A stretch of 64,000 bases of DNA, taken from the NCBI GenBank assembly GCA_963663765.2, contig CAXXUA010000005.1:256001-320000 (forward strand). The letters run 5' to 3'. Positions 39,997 to 50,609 of this stretch are shown here, one piece after another. Position 1 is the first letter of the stretch. Every line of letters starts with the position of its first letter. The translations under genes and the position numbers were made by a program. The DNA comes from Candidatus Poribacteria bacterium. GTDB taxonomy: Bacteria; Poribacteria; WGA-4E; WGA-3G. The notes under the pieces are model-generated. The model made no database searches and was not told where the DNA came from. It saw nothing but the letters and a program-made list of their open reading frames with translations.

Positions 39997-40728
39997 TTAA
40001 TGATCAGTACGCCAGCTATACTGTTGCCAATAGTCCGGGGTATCAAGTTCTTGAAGATGTTTTTCTATTTCAGTGATGATGTCAGTGTCGGTTGTAAGTT
40101 TCAAAATTTTCAGAAAATCTGATTTCGCTTCCTGCATTCGTCCTAAAAAACCCTTTGTCTCACCTCGGATTTTGTAAGTTATTACATCATCAGGGTTATG
40201 TCGAAGTTTCTCATCAAACCCTGCAATCCCTTCCTCGTAAAAATTCAAGATATCTTTCGCATTCTGTCGTTCTGAAAGAATTTCAGGAGCACCTGGATCG
40301 ATCTTTAGTGCTTCATCGTAATCGGCGATTGCAGCTTCATATTGATCCAAATTATATTTCGCATTTCCTCGCCTGTAGTAGGTATCAGGAAGGTAGCGGA
40401 AATTAGGATTTATTCGTAACACTTCGTCAAAGTCTGAAATCGCAGAACGGAGTCCCGCACACCGATCAGCAACCAGAAACTCGCGGAGTGCCAGGTAGTC
40501 TTTCAGACATGCCCGATGGAAATACGCTTCAGCGAAATTCGGATTGAGGCGAAGTGCCTCATCGTAATCAGTAATTGCAGATGGATCTGGATCTAATAAA
40601 ACCCTTGCAAACCCTCGATCGAAGTAGGCTTCAGCAGAATCTGGATTTAGTCGAATTGCTTCATCATATTCAGCAAAAATTGGCGTTTCGGGGTGATTTC
40701 TGATCTGCATAGTGTTACACTCCATCAT
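39997..40728 (-). CDS. Tetratricopeptide repeat protein
   Basis: Repeated 'YDEA.R.NP..AEAY..RG' TPR units. Confidence 0.85.
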   Translation of the reverse strand: MMECNTMQIRNHPETPIFAEYDEAIRLNPDSAEAYFDRGFARVLLDPDPSAITDYDEALRLNPNFAEAYFHRACLKDYLALREFLVADRCAGLRSAISDFDEVLRINPNFRYLPDTYYRRGNAKYNLDQYEAAIADYDEALKIDPGAPEILSERQNAKDILNFYEEGIAGFDEKLRHNPDDVITYKIRGETKGFLGRMQEAKSDFLKILKLTTDTDIITEIEKHLQELDTPDYWQQYSWRTDH

Positions 40729-40738
40729 ATTTGTAACG

Positions 40739-40772
40739 AAAAAACCACAGTGTTGTGCTGCACAACCTGTGG
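40739..40772 (-). terminator. Intrinsic terminator after the tRNA pair
   Basis: CCACAGGTTGTGC-A-GCACAACACTGTGG followed by a T-run on the minus strand. Confidence 0.7.
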
Positions 40773-40792
40773 CTAATTCATTGTAACATAAA

Positions 40793-40868
40793 CGGGCCCG
40801 ACGGGACTTGAACCCGCGACCTCCTGCGTGACAGGCAGGCGCGCTAAACCAATCTGCGCCACGAGCCC
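40793..40868 (-). tRNA. tRNA-Asp(GTC), CCA not encoded
   Basis: Cloverleaf with CCTGC-CTGTCAC-GCAGG anticodon arm and GGTTCAAGTCC T-arm. Confidence 0.95.
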
Positions 40869-40887
40869 ATAAGAAGCCTCAAACGAG

Positions 40888-40961
40888 TAGGCGGGACAGG
40901 ACTTGAACCTGTGACCTACAGCTTGTAAGGCTGTCGCTCTAGCCACCTGAGCTACCCGCCC
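40888..40961 (-). tRNA. tRNA-Val(TAC), CCA not encoded
   Basis: Cloverleaf with ACAGC-CTTACAA-GCTGT anticodon arm and GGTTCAAGTCC T-arm. Confidence 0.95.
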
Positions 40962-41003
40962 AAAATGAGATTGTTACCACATCTCATCTCAAGGACGATA
41001 TTA

Positions 41004-41032
41004 AGTATAACACATCGTTTTAAGTTTGTCAA
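41004..41032 (-). promoter_or_regulatory. Sigma70 promoter of the tRNA pair
   Basis: TTGACA-17 nt-TATACT. Confidence 0.8.
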
Positions 41033-41079
41033 GAAAAATTGATTTTTTGACAGTACGAAAGTTCAGACTAATTTTTTGA

Positions 41080-41201
41080 CAGGACTTACGCACCTAACGG
41101 TAGGTGCGCTTTGAAAGCGCACTGGAAACCAAAAAAATGCTGAAAATTACACCATTTTCGTCATAATTCTTCATCAAATCATGAAAACTGCGTAAGTCTT
41201 G
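41080..41201. mobile_element. 122-bp MITE, uninterrupted form of 362-553
   Basis: CAGGACTTACGCA...TGCGTAAGTCTTG with interior REP GTAG-GTGCGCTTTGAAAGCGCAC. Confidence 0.8.
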
Positions 41202-41360
41202 ATGGATATAAATTCGCACAACTGAGTAGTCTTTTTTAGTAACGATAACCACAAAATTTTCGTTTTATTTTATGCTAAATATACTAAAAAAATAAAAAGA
41301 AAAATAAGATTTCCGCTGTTTATTAGAAATAGCAAATAAACAGATTGAGGAGTAAGAAAC

Positions 41361-42797
41361 ATGAAATCGTGTTTTATATATATGGTAATACTCATTTTGT
41401 TCATATCTGTAGGTTGTGCTACCATACCGAAATACAATCAGTTAGCAGACCGACATTACGATTACACAAGTAGGGAGAAGAAGGCAACGCTTGATGATTG
41501 GTACGCGTTAATATCTGAACTTGAAACTTTCATTCGTTCAGATGCAGAGCATGAAACTGCTGACGCCGCACAATATGCAATTGGTTCCAGTTGGATTTGG
41601 TGCATTCAAGCTGGAAATACAGACGCACCGAAACACGCCATCGCAGCATTTAGAAGATTGATTTACACCTATCCCAATTCAGAATATTTACCCCAAGCAC
41701 ACTATTGGATTGCGCAATGCTACACATTGATAGGGGATTCCGCACGGGCAGTTCATCATTACCAGATTTTGACAGAGAAGTTTGCAGATACAGACTTAGC
41801 AGCAAAAGCACAGTTAGAATTAGGTCATACTTATGCAGAACACGGATATGAAATACGCGCAGAAAAATTATATGTAGATATCGTTGAATCTGCTACAGAT
41901 AAACAGATTGTTACGTCTGCATCTGAAGCACTAAAGGACCTAAAATCACCAGAAATTCGGTTGCCTTCAGTTGATACTACACTATCTGAACCGGCAAATG
42001 GACCTCAAAAGCAAGTAAAGCCGAAACCTTCTCCAACAGCACCTGAGAAGTTAACTCCTGGATCACTCACGCATGAATTAGGGTTGACAGCAAGGACAAT
42101 TGTTATAGACGCTGGCCATGGTGGGAAAGATCCGGGTGGAATTGGTGTTGGGAATCTCTATGAAAAACTGATTGCACTGGCTCTCTCAAAAAAAGTTGGT
42201 GCATTGTTATCCGCCAAAGGTTACACAGTATTATTTACACGTGAGACTGACAACTACATTCCACTAAAGGAACGAACTGCTTTTGCCAACCATCACAAAG
42301 CTGACCTATTTCTTAGTATTCATGCAAATGCAAGTGAAAATTCAAAGGCAAACGGTATTGAAACTTACTATTTGAATGTGGCAAGTACTGATAAAAACGC
42401 AGAACTGATTGCTGCGCGAGAAAATGCTAATTCTGGGTATAGCATACAAGAACTGGAATCTCTGTTAAAAGGTTTGATAGTTGAGAGTAAGAGTGAGGAT
42501 AGTCGTAGATTAGCGGAACATGTGCAGAGGGAATTGGTCATAGCGACTGGAGCCATAGACCGTGGGGTAAAACACGCGCGGTTTGTCGTACTTATAGGAA
42601 CCACGGTTCCTGCCATTCTTATAGAAACCGGGTTTTTGACTAACCCAACAGAAGCACAGAAACTCACATCAGATACCTATCAGCAAAAGGTTGCGTCCGC
42701 AATCGTCCAAGGTGTAGAAAAGTTCTTAGGAAATGCGGGTCAAATTAGTCAAGAAAACCCAACACAACATAAGCATTTGACAACGACAAAACGTTAG
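41361..42797 (+). CDS. Lipoprotein with a TPR/BamD-like N-terminus fused to an N-acetylmuramoyl-L-alanine amidase (Amidase_3)
   Basis: 'SVGC' lipobox; TPR-like helices; 'IDAGHGGKDPG', 'EK', 'LSIHANA', 'AILIETGF'. Confidence 0.9.
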   Translation: MKSCFIYMVILILFISVGCATIPKYNQLADRHYDYTSREKKATLDDWYALISELETFIRSDAEHETADAAQYAIGSSWIWCIQAGNTDAPKHAIAAFRRLIYTYPNSEYLPQAHYWIAQCYTLIGDSARAVHHYQILTEKFADTDLAAKAQLELGHTYAEHGYEIRAEKLYVDIVESATDKQIVTSASEALKDLKSPEIRLPSVDTTLSEPANGPQKQVKPKPSPTAPEKLTPGSLTHELGLTARTIVIDAGHGGKDPGGIGVGNLYEKLIALALSKKVGALLSAKGYTVLFTRETDNYIPLKERTAFANHHKADLFLSIHANASENSKANGIETYYLNVASTDKNAELIAARENANSGYSIQELESLLKGLIVESKSEDSRRLAEHVQRELVIATGAIDRGVKHARFVVLIGTTVPAILIETGFLTNPTEAQKLTSDTYQQKVASAIVQGVEKFLGNAGQISQENPTQHKHLTTTKR

Positions 42798-42810
42798 TTA
42801 GACAATCAAT

Positions 42811-44868
42811 ATGTTAAGGAATACATTTATGGTATATGATAGATTAGATGCTAAAAAGTGTTGGAACAGAACCTTTTTCTTGAAAATAATTATGACCACA
42901 GTTTTTGCTTTCATCTGTTTGAATACATTGCCTAACGACATTGCTGCACAACAAGCAGATATAGCAATTCTATTACCTTCATCGGAATCTGGTGTAGCAG
43001 AAGGAGATGTGAACTATGCGCGGACTGTCAGCAAACGGTTCGTTCGCATGCTGAATAGCATCGGTTTCTCTGCCGACCAATTAGATGAGTCTTCAGTTGC
43101 AAGCAAACCACGGTTTCAAGCAAATTCTACAAACCCATATCGTCTGATAATTCTGCCATTGAACCCAAAGATCTCTCTCAAGACCGCACCAATTCTGGAG
43201 AATTATGTCGCCCGCGGTGGAAAACTCTTGGTAACCTATAACCTTGCAGATGAGGTAGCATCGCTTCTGAACTTGCGAAGTATCAAATGGCTAAAAGCCG
43301 AAAAAGAAGGGCAATTCGCCTCTATTCAATTTGATGCACCAGAAATATTAGGAATACCAAAATCGGTACGGCAAACATCGTGGAACATTACGGTCGCAGA
43401 ATCTACCGACCCAAAAACAAAAATTATCGGACATTGGTACAATGCGGAAGGTACATCCACTGGTTATCCGGCATTCTTCCTTAACCCTAATGGTGTGTTT
43501 TTTAGTCATGTTTTTTTACCCGACGATATACAAACAAAAACGCAACTACTTGCGGCACTACTTGGTTATCTTGTCCCTGAATTTCAGCACGCAATCGCAA
43601 AACGTGAGTTAGATGCGTTGACAACTATTGGACACATCAATAATCTTGACGCATTAACAAGATTCGTAGGTTATGGCGATGTCTCCGAAGCCAAACAGGC
43701 ATTACAATCCGGAAAAACCTTAATTACACACTCACGCACTGAATATGCCAAAAAAGATTATCACGCCGCAATGACTGCTGCCCGTGATAGTCACAAGGCA
43801 CTGACAAAAGCTTATTCTTTATCACATTTCAGCGATGAAACTGAAGGACGCGCCGTTTGGAATCATTCAGGCTTAGGTGCGTATCCTGGTGACTGGGAAC
43901 GTTCAGCGAAAGAACTCGCCTCTACTGGTATCAACATGATCCTTCCAAATATGGCATGGGGAGGATTAGCACATTACAATAGCAGTGTGTTACCCAAAAG
44001 CAAAAAGTTTACAAAATATGGCGACCAGATTGCACAATGCGTTAAGGCAGCACATCAGCACAACTTAGAAGTGCATGTTTGGAAGATTACGTGGAATTTG
44101 GAAGGCGCCCCAAAAGAATTTGTGGATAAACTACGAGAAGATAAACGCACACAAGTCTCATCTACCGGAAATCCAATCAATTGGCTATGTCCTTCGCATC
44201 CAGAAAACGTTCAGTTGGAATTGAATGCTATCACGGAAATCGTTCGGAACTACGATGTTGATGGAATCCATTTGGATTATATACGCTATCCAGGAAGTCA
44301 TGCATGCTATTGTACAGAATGTAAAAAGAGATTCATGCTCACAACGAGACTACACATTCAGGAGTGGCCTGCATCTGTGTTAAGGGGAACCGGACAACAC
44401 AGTGATGCTTACATTGAGTGGCGTTCACAACAGATTACACGTTTAGTGCGACTAATCCACAAACATACCCATGAGATAAAACCAAACATAAAAATATCTG
44501 TTGCTGTTTTTGGAGGTTATCCTTCTTGTGTTACCTCTATCGGACAAGATTGGATTGCATGGGCAAAAGCCGGTTATGTTGATTTCATCTGTCCGATGAA
44601 CTATACTGAAGATACCAAATTTTTCACCGATCTGTTAGAAAATCAACTTTCCCTTATGCCAAAAGATGTTGCAATTTATCCTGGTATCGGTGCGACAGCA
44701 TCTAACTCCCTCCTTACACCCGATGCCGTTATAGGTCAAATTCATCTTGCACGTTTCTTAGGTGCTTCTGGCTGGACAATTTTTGACTATACTGCTAATA
44801 TTTCAGATACTATTCTTCCTGCTATTCAAATGGGTGTTGGCAAAAATAAAGCCGAACCTGTACATTAA
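42811..44868 (+). CDS. Glycosyl hydrolase-like 10 (GHL10) family protein
   Basis: 'EGRAVW', 'AH...LEVHVW', 'WLCPSHP', 'YDVDGIHLDYIRYP', 'QDW..W', 'PMNY'. Confidence 0.82.
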   Translation: MLRNTFMVYDRLDAKKCWNRTFFLKIIMTTVFAFICLNTLPNDIAAQQADIAILLPSSESGVAEGDVNYARTVSKRFVRMLNSIGFSADQLDESSVASKPRFQANSTNPYRLIILPLNPKISLKTAPILENYVARGGKLLVTYNLADEVASLLNLRSIKWLKAEKEGQFASIQFDAPEILGIPKSVRQTSWNITVAESTDPKTKIIGHWYNAEGTSTGYPAFFLNPNGVFFSHVFLPDDIQTKTQLLAALLGYLVPEFQHAIAKRELDALTTIGHINNLDALTRFVGYGDVSEAKQALQSGKTLITHSRTEYAKKDYHAAMTAARDSHKALTKAYSLSHFSDETEGRAVWNHSGLGAYPGDWERSAKELASTGINMILPNMAWGGLAHYNSSVLPKSKKFTKYGDQIAQCVKAAHQHNLEVHVWKITWNLEGAPKEFVDKLREDKRTQVSSTGNPINWLCPSHPENVQLELNAITEIVRNYDVDGIHLDYIRYPGSHACYCTECKKRFMLTTRLHIQEWPASVLRGTGQHSDAYIEWRSQQITRLVRLIHKHTHEIKPNIKISVAVFGGYPSCVTSIGQDWIAWAKAGYVDFICPMNYTEDTKFFTDLLENQLSLMPKDVAIYPGIGATASNSLLTPDAVIGQIHLARFLGASGWTIFDYTANISDTILPAIQMGVGKNKAEPVH

Positions 44869-45004
44869 GATAAATTGCTTTGGTTATAGGTTTTTTAATT
44901 TTCTGTAACGGTATATTAACACTAAAATTCTTCTTGAATCTCGTCATGAACTCGTGTAAACTAAAGAAGCAGAATATCCTATTTGAAAAACTCCTATAAT
45001 GTAC

Positions 45005-46724
45005 CCTACACTCCGCAGTTGTTTAATCAGATTTTAAGTATTTATGTTATACTCTTTATATCTTTATATAAGGAGTATAACATCATCACTCAATCTACTT
45101 TTACAACACAACGTTTAGATCACCTCGGCATAGTAGCTGGTGTATGTGATCGTATTGACTTGATAAACACTATTGATACTTTTATTTCCCCAACGAAACG
45201 GAAAGTTTCAGTGGGTGAATCTGTTGTTGCTATGATCTTGAATGCTTTAGGCTTTGTCTCACGCCCACTCTACTTGACACCTGAGTTTTTTTCAAATAAA
45301 CCAGTGGATCTATTGATACGCCCTCATCTCTGTGCTGCCGATTTCACGGACGATTGTCTTGGGCGTGCTTTAGATACACTTTATGAAAATGGTGTTACCG
45401 AACTTTTTGCGACAGTTGCTTCTAAAGCATTATCAACTTATGAGATTGACCATCGTTTTGTTCATCTGGATAGCACCACGTTTAGTTTTCAGGGGAACTA
45501 TGATACCGAAACAGTTGATGAACAGGCTATTCACATTACCCACGGGTATAGTCGTGATCAGCGTCCGGATCTCAAACAAGTGGTAGTTCAACTTCTCTGT
45601 TCTTATCGGTCTCAGTTCCCTGTATGGTTCAAAGCACTTGATGGAAATCAGTCTGATAAAACAAGTTTTCCCAACACGATCCGAGAATATTTGTCTCAAC
45701 TGCGTGGCAGTGATGCCCCTTATTTTGTAGCGGATAGTGCGCTTTATACAGCACAAAACATTGCGAAGCTGCGTGATGTGCGTTTTATTACGCGTGTGCC
45801 GGAAACACTCAAAGCTGTCAAAGAACTCTACCAAACTATTTCGACTGAAGATATGCAGCCAGCATCTCTTGATGGATATAGTTATCTATCAGTAGATAGC
45901 ACCTATGCGGATGTTCCACAAAGGTGGTTAGTTGTTTATTCACAAGCTGCGTATCATCGTGAAGTGGCAACTTTAGTAAAAAAGATTGCCAAAGCACAGA
46001 CAGCCGCACAAACATCTCTCAATCGTTTACAAAATAAAACGTATGAGACCGATACAGCTGCGGCAGCTGCGGCAACAGTCCTTGCCAAGTCATGGAAATA
46101 TCATAAACTTCGTTTCTCCATTATTTCTGTTCCACATTACACCACATCGGGACGCCCCAAAAAGACAGATAAACCGACACATTTTCGTTATCGGGTTGAA
46201 GGTGAAGTTATTGATGATATAGAAACGATTGAAAAACTCAAACGCAGCAAAGGCCGATTTGTCTTAGCTACCAATGAACTTGATACAACTTTACTTGACG
46301 ATGCGACTATCCTTGAAGCATATAAAGCACAGAACGTGTCTGTAGAACGCGGTTTTCGGTTTTTGAAAGACCCCTTATTCTTTGCCGATAGTCTATATCT
46401 TGAAAAACCCCAGCGGATTATGGCATTACTGATGGTGATGGGACTTTCTTTACTTGTATACGCTCTTGCCGAACGATGGGTTCGGCAAGAGCTAAAAAAA
46501 CAAGAACAAACAATACCCAACCAAGTTGGTAAACCCACGCAAAAACCAACACTCAGGCGTATTTTTCAAATGTTTGAAGGCGTTGATGTATTATTGATAG
46601 AACAAAACGAACATATACAACGGTCTATTGTAAATTTAAATGAAATACACACACAAATCATCAACATTTTAGGCATAGAAGTAAAAAATGTCTATTTTCC
46701 AGATCCATAACTGCGGAGTGTAGG
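45005..46724 (+). mobile_element. IS1634-family insertion sequence, 1720 bp
   Basis: TIRs CCTACACTCCGCAGTT / AACTGCGGAGTGTAGG; 6-bp TSD ATGTAC at 44999-45004 and 46725-46730. Confidence 0.93.
45082..46710 (+). CDS. IS1634-family DDE transposase (start codon non-canonical or mutated)
   Basis: 'DHLGIVAG', 'HLDSTT', 'GYSRD.RPDLKQ', 'VADSALY', 'FVLATN', 'VERGFRFLKDP'. Confidence 0.9.
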   Translation: MITQSTFTTQRLDHLGIVAGVCDRIDLINTIDTFISPTKRKVSVGESVVAMILNALGFVSRPLYLTPEFFSNKPVDLLIRPHLCAADFTDDCLGRALDTLYENGVTELFATVASKALSTYEIDHRFVHLDSTTFSFQGNYDTETVDEQAIHITHGYSRDQRPDLKQVVVQLLCSYRSQFPVWFKALDGNQSDKTSFPNTIREYLSQLRGSDAPYFVADSALYTAQNIAKLRDVRFITRVPETLKAVKELYQTISTEDMQPASLDGYSYLSVDSTYADVPQRWLVVYSQAAYHREVATLVKKIAKAQTAAQTSLNRLQNKTYETDTAAAAAATVLAKSWKYHKLRFSIISVPHYTTSGRPKKTDKPTHFRYRVEGEVIDDIETIEKLKRSKGRFVLATNELDTTLLDDATILEAYKAQNVSVERGFRFLKDPLFFADSLYLEKPQRIMALLMVMGLSLLVYALAERWVRQELKKQEQTIPNQVGKPTQKPTLRRIFQMFEGVDVLLIEQNEHIQRSIVNLNEIHTQIINILGIEVKNVYFPDP

Positions 46725-46747
46725 ATGTACCGCAGTAAGCATTAACT

Positions 46748-46900
46748 AAAATTTGTCTATGATCGGGTAGTTGATGTGCTGTATGTAACGCAAGGTCAAC
46801 CCAAACACACCAATTATGTTGAATACACGGATGATTGATTCTGCAGTTTCACCCTGAGACGTAATAACTTGTAGGTTTCACACTTGTTGATTTTCATAAC
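46748..46900 (+). pseudogene. Degraded DUF2283-like gene next to the IS1634 insertion site
   Basis: Translates 'KFVYDRVVDVLYVTQG...' then, after a frameshift and stops, 'ILQFHPET**LVGFTLVDF'. Confidence 0.5.
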
Positions 46901-47017
46901 AATTTGCAAAAAAAAAAAAGACTCTGACATCGCGCTGCCCTTTAGGGTTGATTTCCACATGCACGGTGTACTTACTTTTTGTAACAGAGACTAACAGTAA
47001 AAGGAGACTATTGCAGC

Positions 47018-48478
47018 ATGGCACAAAAACCAAATATCTTATTTCTTCAGAGTGATGAACACAGTCCTCATGCAATGGGGTTAGAAGGCAATGACATTGT
47101 GCAAACTCCACACCTTGATCGACTTGCAGAATCAGGAAATTATTTTGATGCAGCATACTGCCAATTCCCGCTATGCACTCCCTCACGGATGTGCATGCTA
47201 ACAGGAAAATATGCACGTCGCTGTTCCGCATGGAACAACGGTTCAATCCTGTTTCCTGAACATCTCACAATGCCTGCACATTTCGCTGAAAACGGCTATG
47301 TTACAGCACTTGTTGGGAAAATGCATTTTGGTGGAAAAGAACAGCACAACGGTTTTCAAGCGCGTCCTTATGGTGATCTTCGTGGGAATGCAGGACACCA
47401 ACGTGATCCACTCCGTGGGAACAAAAATCGCACAAAGGATGCGGGGGTAACAGAAATCCCAACAAGTCTTTTACAGGAACGGGTCGTCAATGAAGAAACA
47501 ATTGAGTACATCCGGTCACAACCCGCAGACCAGCCGTGGTTTCTACTCGCAAGTTATAGTCGTCCACACTTTCCTCTGACTGCCCCAAAAAGACTCCTTG
47601 ACAAATACTATCCCGATAATGTTGACATGCCCAATATACCACCAGGACACTTAGAGGACACGCATCGCTTTGCAAAGGGACTTCGGAAAACCTTCAATAC
47701 GGCAGCCATCACAGAAGAAGAGACACGCAAAGCACGGGCAGCGTATTATGCCTGCTGTGAATTCTTGGATGAATGTGTTGGTGATTTACTGACGATCTTG
47801 GATCGTGATGGTCTCTTAGATAACACAATTATTGTCTATACAACCGACCACGGTGAGATGGCAGGTGAGCACGGACAGTGGTGGAAATCAAGTTATTATG
47901 AAGCTGCAGCACGCGTGCCACTCATAATACATGACACACGTGCAGAAGACACGCATGGGAACCTTGTTGATGCTCCTGTGGAACTTAACGATCTATTCCC
48001 AACATTATGTGCAAGGGCAGGAATTCCGATTCCTGAAGATCTGGACGGTTCTGATTTGTCAAACCTTATGGCAGGTAATTCCGATGGATGGCGTAACACA
48101 GCAATCAGTGAATACTGGGCTACACAAACAACCGGTCCGATGCGTATGTTAAGAACTCCTCGCTACAAATATGCCGCTTTCCCTGAAGATGAATCCATCC
48201 TGTTTGATTTAGAAAATGACCCAGATGAATTTGAGAATCTCACTGGAAATCCTGAACTTCGTGAAGTAGAGGAATCCATGCATGAACAACTCATGGAAGG
48301 ATTCGCTTGGGAAGATGTTGCAAAACAGAAAGCCATAGATAAAGAACGTAGCGATGATTGGAAAGCACCGTGGGGTAGAGGCACACCGAATGCTTATACA
48401 TTACCTGATGGTAGGATTGTAGACGCAGAACTCTGTTTATATAATCCAGTACTTCGTGATGGGAGTGATGATGATTAG
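47018..48478 (+). CDS. Formylglycine-dependent sulfatase (choline-sulfatase-like)
   Basis: 'PNIL...SDEH', 'CTPSR..MLTG', 'GKMHF', 'RPHFP', 'TDHGEM.GEH...K'. Confidence 0.92.
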   Translation: MAQKPNILFLQSDEHSPHAMGLEGNDIVQTPHLDRLAESGNYFDAAYCQFPLCTPSRMCMLTGKYARRCSAWNNGSILFPEHLTMPAHFAENGYVTALVGKMHFGGKEQHNGFQARPYGDLRGNAGHQRDPLRGNKNRTKDAGVTEIPTSLLQERVVNEETIEYIRSQPADQPWFLLASYSRPHFPLTAPKRLLDKYYPDNVDMPNIPPGHLEDTHRFAKGLRKTFNTAAITEEETRKARAAYYACCEFLDECVGDLLTILDRDGLLDNTIIVYTTDHGEMAGEHGQWWKSSYYEAAARVPLIIHDTRAEDTHGNLVDAPVELNDLFPTLCARAGIPIPEDLDGSDLSNLMAGNSDGWRNTAISEYWATQTTGPMRMLRTPRYKYAAFPEDESILFDLENDPDEFENLTGNPELREVEESMHEQLMEGFAWEDVAKQKAIDKERSDDWKAPWGRGTPNAYTLPDGRIVDAELCLYNPVLRDGSDDD

Positions 48479-48582
48479 TTGGGATTGAAGGGTGACAAGT
48501 AGGTATAGAAGTATAAACATGTTTATCCATACCTGCTGTTAGGTGCAATTCCTAATAAACGTTTTAAACTGATGTTTATGAA

Positions 48583-50565
48583 ATGAAAACTCCAGCCATG
48601 CAAAGTCACCCTAAAATCCGATTCGCTGTAATCCTTGTAGGACTCCTCTTAGTAGGGAGTATTTGTGCCATTACTCCCTACAACAACTACTTTTTAGAAA
48701 ACTCAAGACTTGCCGGGAATCACCTTCCTGTCGGTTCTATCTTCGGGTTGCTTCTGTTGGTGTTCTTAGTCAATCTTCCGTTACGATTTCTGACACGAAG
48801 CAACCGCTTTTCACTTACTTCCCTGGAATTAACTGTTATCTGGATGATGATAATTGTCGCTGTAGGCATCCCATCAATGGGATTGCTGCAGTTCTTGTTA
48901 CCGTGTCTTGTCGCTCTACGATATTTCACTACAACCGAAAACGATTGGGCAGAAACCCTCCAACCTCACATACCAGATTGGTTAGTTGTCACCGATACAC
49001 AAGCCGTAACCGATTTCTATGAAGGTCTATCTTCGGGAGGTGGAGTTCCGTGGAATCCTTGGATAAAGCCGCTACTTGTCTGGGGGTTGTTTATCCTTGT
49101 CTTCTATTTCACGACGATCTGTCTTGCGACCATCCTCCGTAAACAGTGGATTGAACGTGAACGGTTTTCCTTCCCTTTAGTCCAAATCCCGGTACAATTG
49201 GCAGCTGAACCTGAACGTGGCAAACTCCTCAACACATTCTACAAAAACAAGTTCTTATGGGTAGGTATGGCGTTACCTTTGCTTATTCACTTCCTTAACG
49301 GCATGCATGCACACTTTCCAACAGTACCAGAAATTCCTCTGATCTATAACATTCACCGTGCTTTCACGGAGAAACCATGGCACACGATCGGGTGGTGGCC
49401 TGCAATGAACATTGCCATCTATTTTTCGGTCATCGGTGTTGCTGCATTGCTGACGCTTGAAGTCTCGTTTAGTCTCTGGTTTTTCTTCCTCTTTTTCAAA
49501 CTTCAATATATCATCATGAATGCAACTGGTGTCGGAATCGGTCCTTGGGTCAGTTGTAGTAGACAAGTGATGGGAGGTTATCTCATTTTTGTTCCCGCTG
49601 TTTTCTGGGGTGGACGTGAACACATTGCTTCTATTTTCAGAAAAGCTTTCGGTATTCAAGAAAAGCAGACATATAATGGCAGTGATAGACGTTTGGTTGA
49701 CGACTCAGATGAACCACTGTCGTATCGTTTAGCATTACTCGGATTTCTACTTGGATTTGCTACGCTTGTTGTGTTCTTTGTTGTGGCAGGTATCACCACT
49801 TGGGTTGCCATTGTCACACTCCTTTCAATCTTCATCACTTCAATTGTGTTGTCATGGATGGTCGTCAATGGAGGTTTGTTGCTTGTGCAAGCACCTTTCT
49901 TCCCATCAGATTACATTAATTTCACACTCGGAACGGCAGCGATTGGGCAAAAAAGTATGGCTGTACTTAGTTTCCAACGCACATTCCTAAGGGATTGGGG
50001 AGAATTCATGATGCCGAACTTCTTGCATAGTTTCAAGGCTGCAGATGAAGTACAACTTGCACGCCGCAGAATCGTACCGATACTGGGGATTTCCATAGTT
50101 GTTGCTATCCTTGTTTCTGTTTACGCATCATTAACGTTGATATACGACAAAGGCGCACTGTTCTTACAAAATTGGCCCTTCGTCAATGCACCGCGTGGTT
50201 ACTTCAACCGTATGAACAAACTCATCCAATTTCCTATTGAAACAAATTGGCTTGAAGTGTATAGCATGATAGCTGGTGCAGGTTTCACAGGTTTTATGCT
50301 GTGGATGCGTCAAAGTTTTGTCTGGTGGTCACTGCATCCGATCGGTTATCTATTGGGTGCGACTTATCCATCGTTTCACGTTTGGTCATCCATCTTTATC
50401 GGATGGATGATAAAATACATTACACTTAAGTTCGGTGGTCCACTGGCATATCGGCGGATCCGTCCAATAGCATTCGGTTTGATTTTTGGTGAATACTTGA
50501 TGGTGGGGATATGGATGGTGATCGGATTTTTCAGTGGCATCGGTTATCATGCTTTACCCCGTTAG
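48583..50565 (+). CDS. Large polytopic membrane protein, probable transporter (DUF6785/DUF6784-like)
   Basis: Many TM helices; 'RKQW...ER.SFPL', 'WWSLHPIGY', 'KFGG...YR..RP...GLI.GE'. Confidence 0.65.
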   Translation: MKTPAMQSHPKIRFAVILVGLLLVGSICAITPYNNYFLENSRLAGNHLPVGSIFGLLLLVFLVNLPLRFLTRSNRFSLTSLELTVIWMMIIVAVGIPSMGLLQFLLPCLVALRYFTTTENDWAETLQPHIPDWLVVTDTQAVTDFYEGLSSGGGVPWNPWIKPLLVWGLFILVFYFTTICLATILRKQWIERERFSFPLVQIPVQLAAEPERGKLLNTFYKNKFLWVGMALPLLIHFLNGMHAHFPTVPEIPLIYNIHRAFTEKPWHTIGWWPAMNIAIYFSVIGVAALLTLEVSFSLWFFFLFFKLQYIIMNATGVGIGPWVSCSRQVMGGYLIFVPAVFWGGREHIASIFRKAFGIQEKQTYNGSDRRLVDDSDEPLSYRLALLGFLLGFATLVVFFVVAGITTWVAIVTLLSIFITSIVLSWMVVNGGLLLVQAPFFPSDYINFTLGTAAIGQKSMAVLSFQRTFLRDWGEFMMPNFLHSFKAADEVQLARRRIVPILGISIVVAILVSVYASLTLIYDKGALFLQNWPFVNAPRGYFNRMNKLIQFPIETNWLEVYSMIAGAGFTGFMLWMRQSFVWWSLHPIGYLLGATYPSFHVWSSIFIGWMIKYITLKFGGPLAYRRIRPIAFGLIFGEYLMVGIWMVIGFFSGIGYHALPR

Positions 50566-50609
50566 TGGAATACAAAGACCTGACTCTATAAGTGATTTAG
50601 GAAAATACT

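Noticed and set aside
40739-41201. Prophage or island integrated at the tRNAs
   Set aside because: No integrase and no duplicated tRNA 3' end seen in the window
44983-45081. N-terminal extension of the IS1634 transposase given in the ORF track
   Set aside because: It begins outside the element's TIR and TSD, so it cannot be the native start
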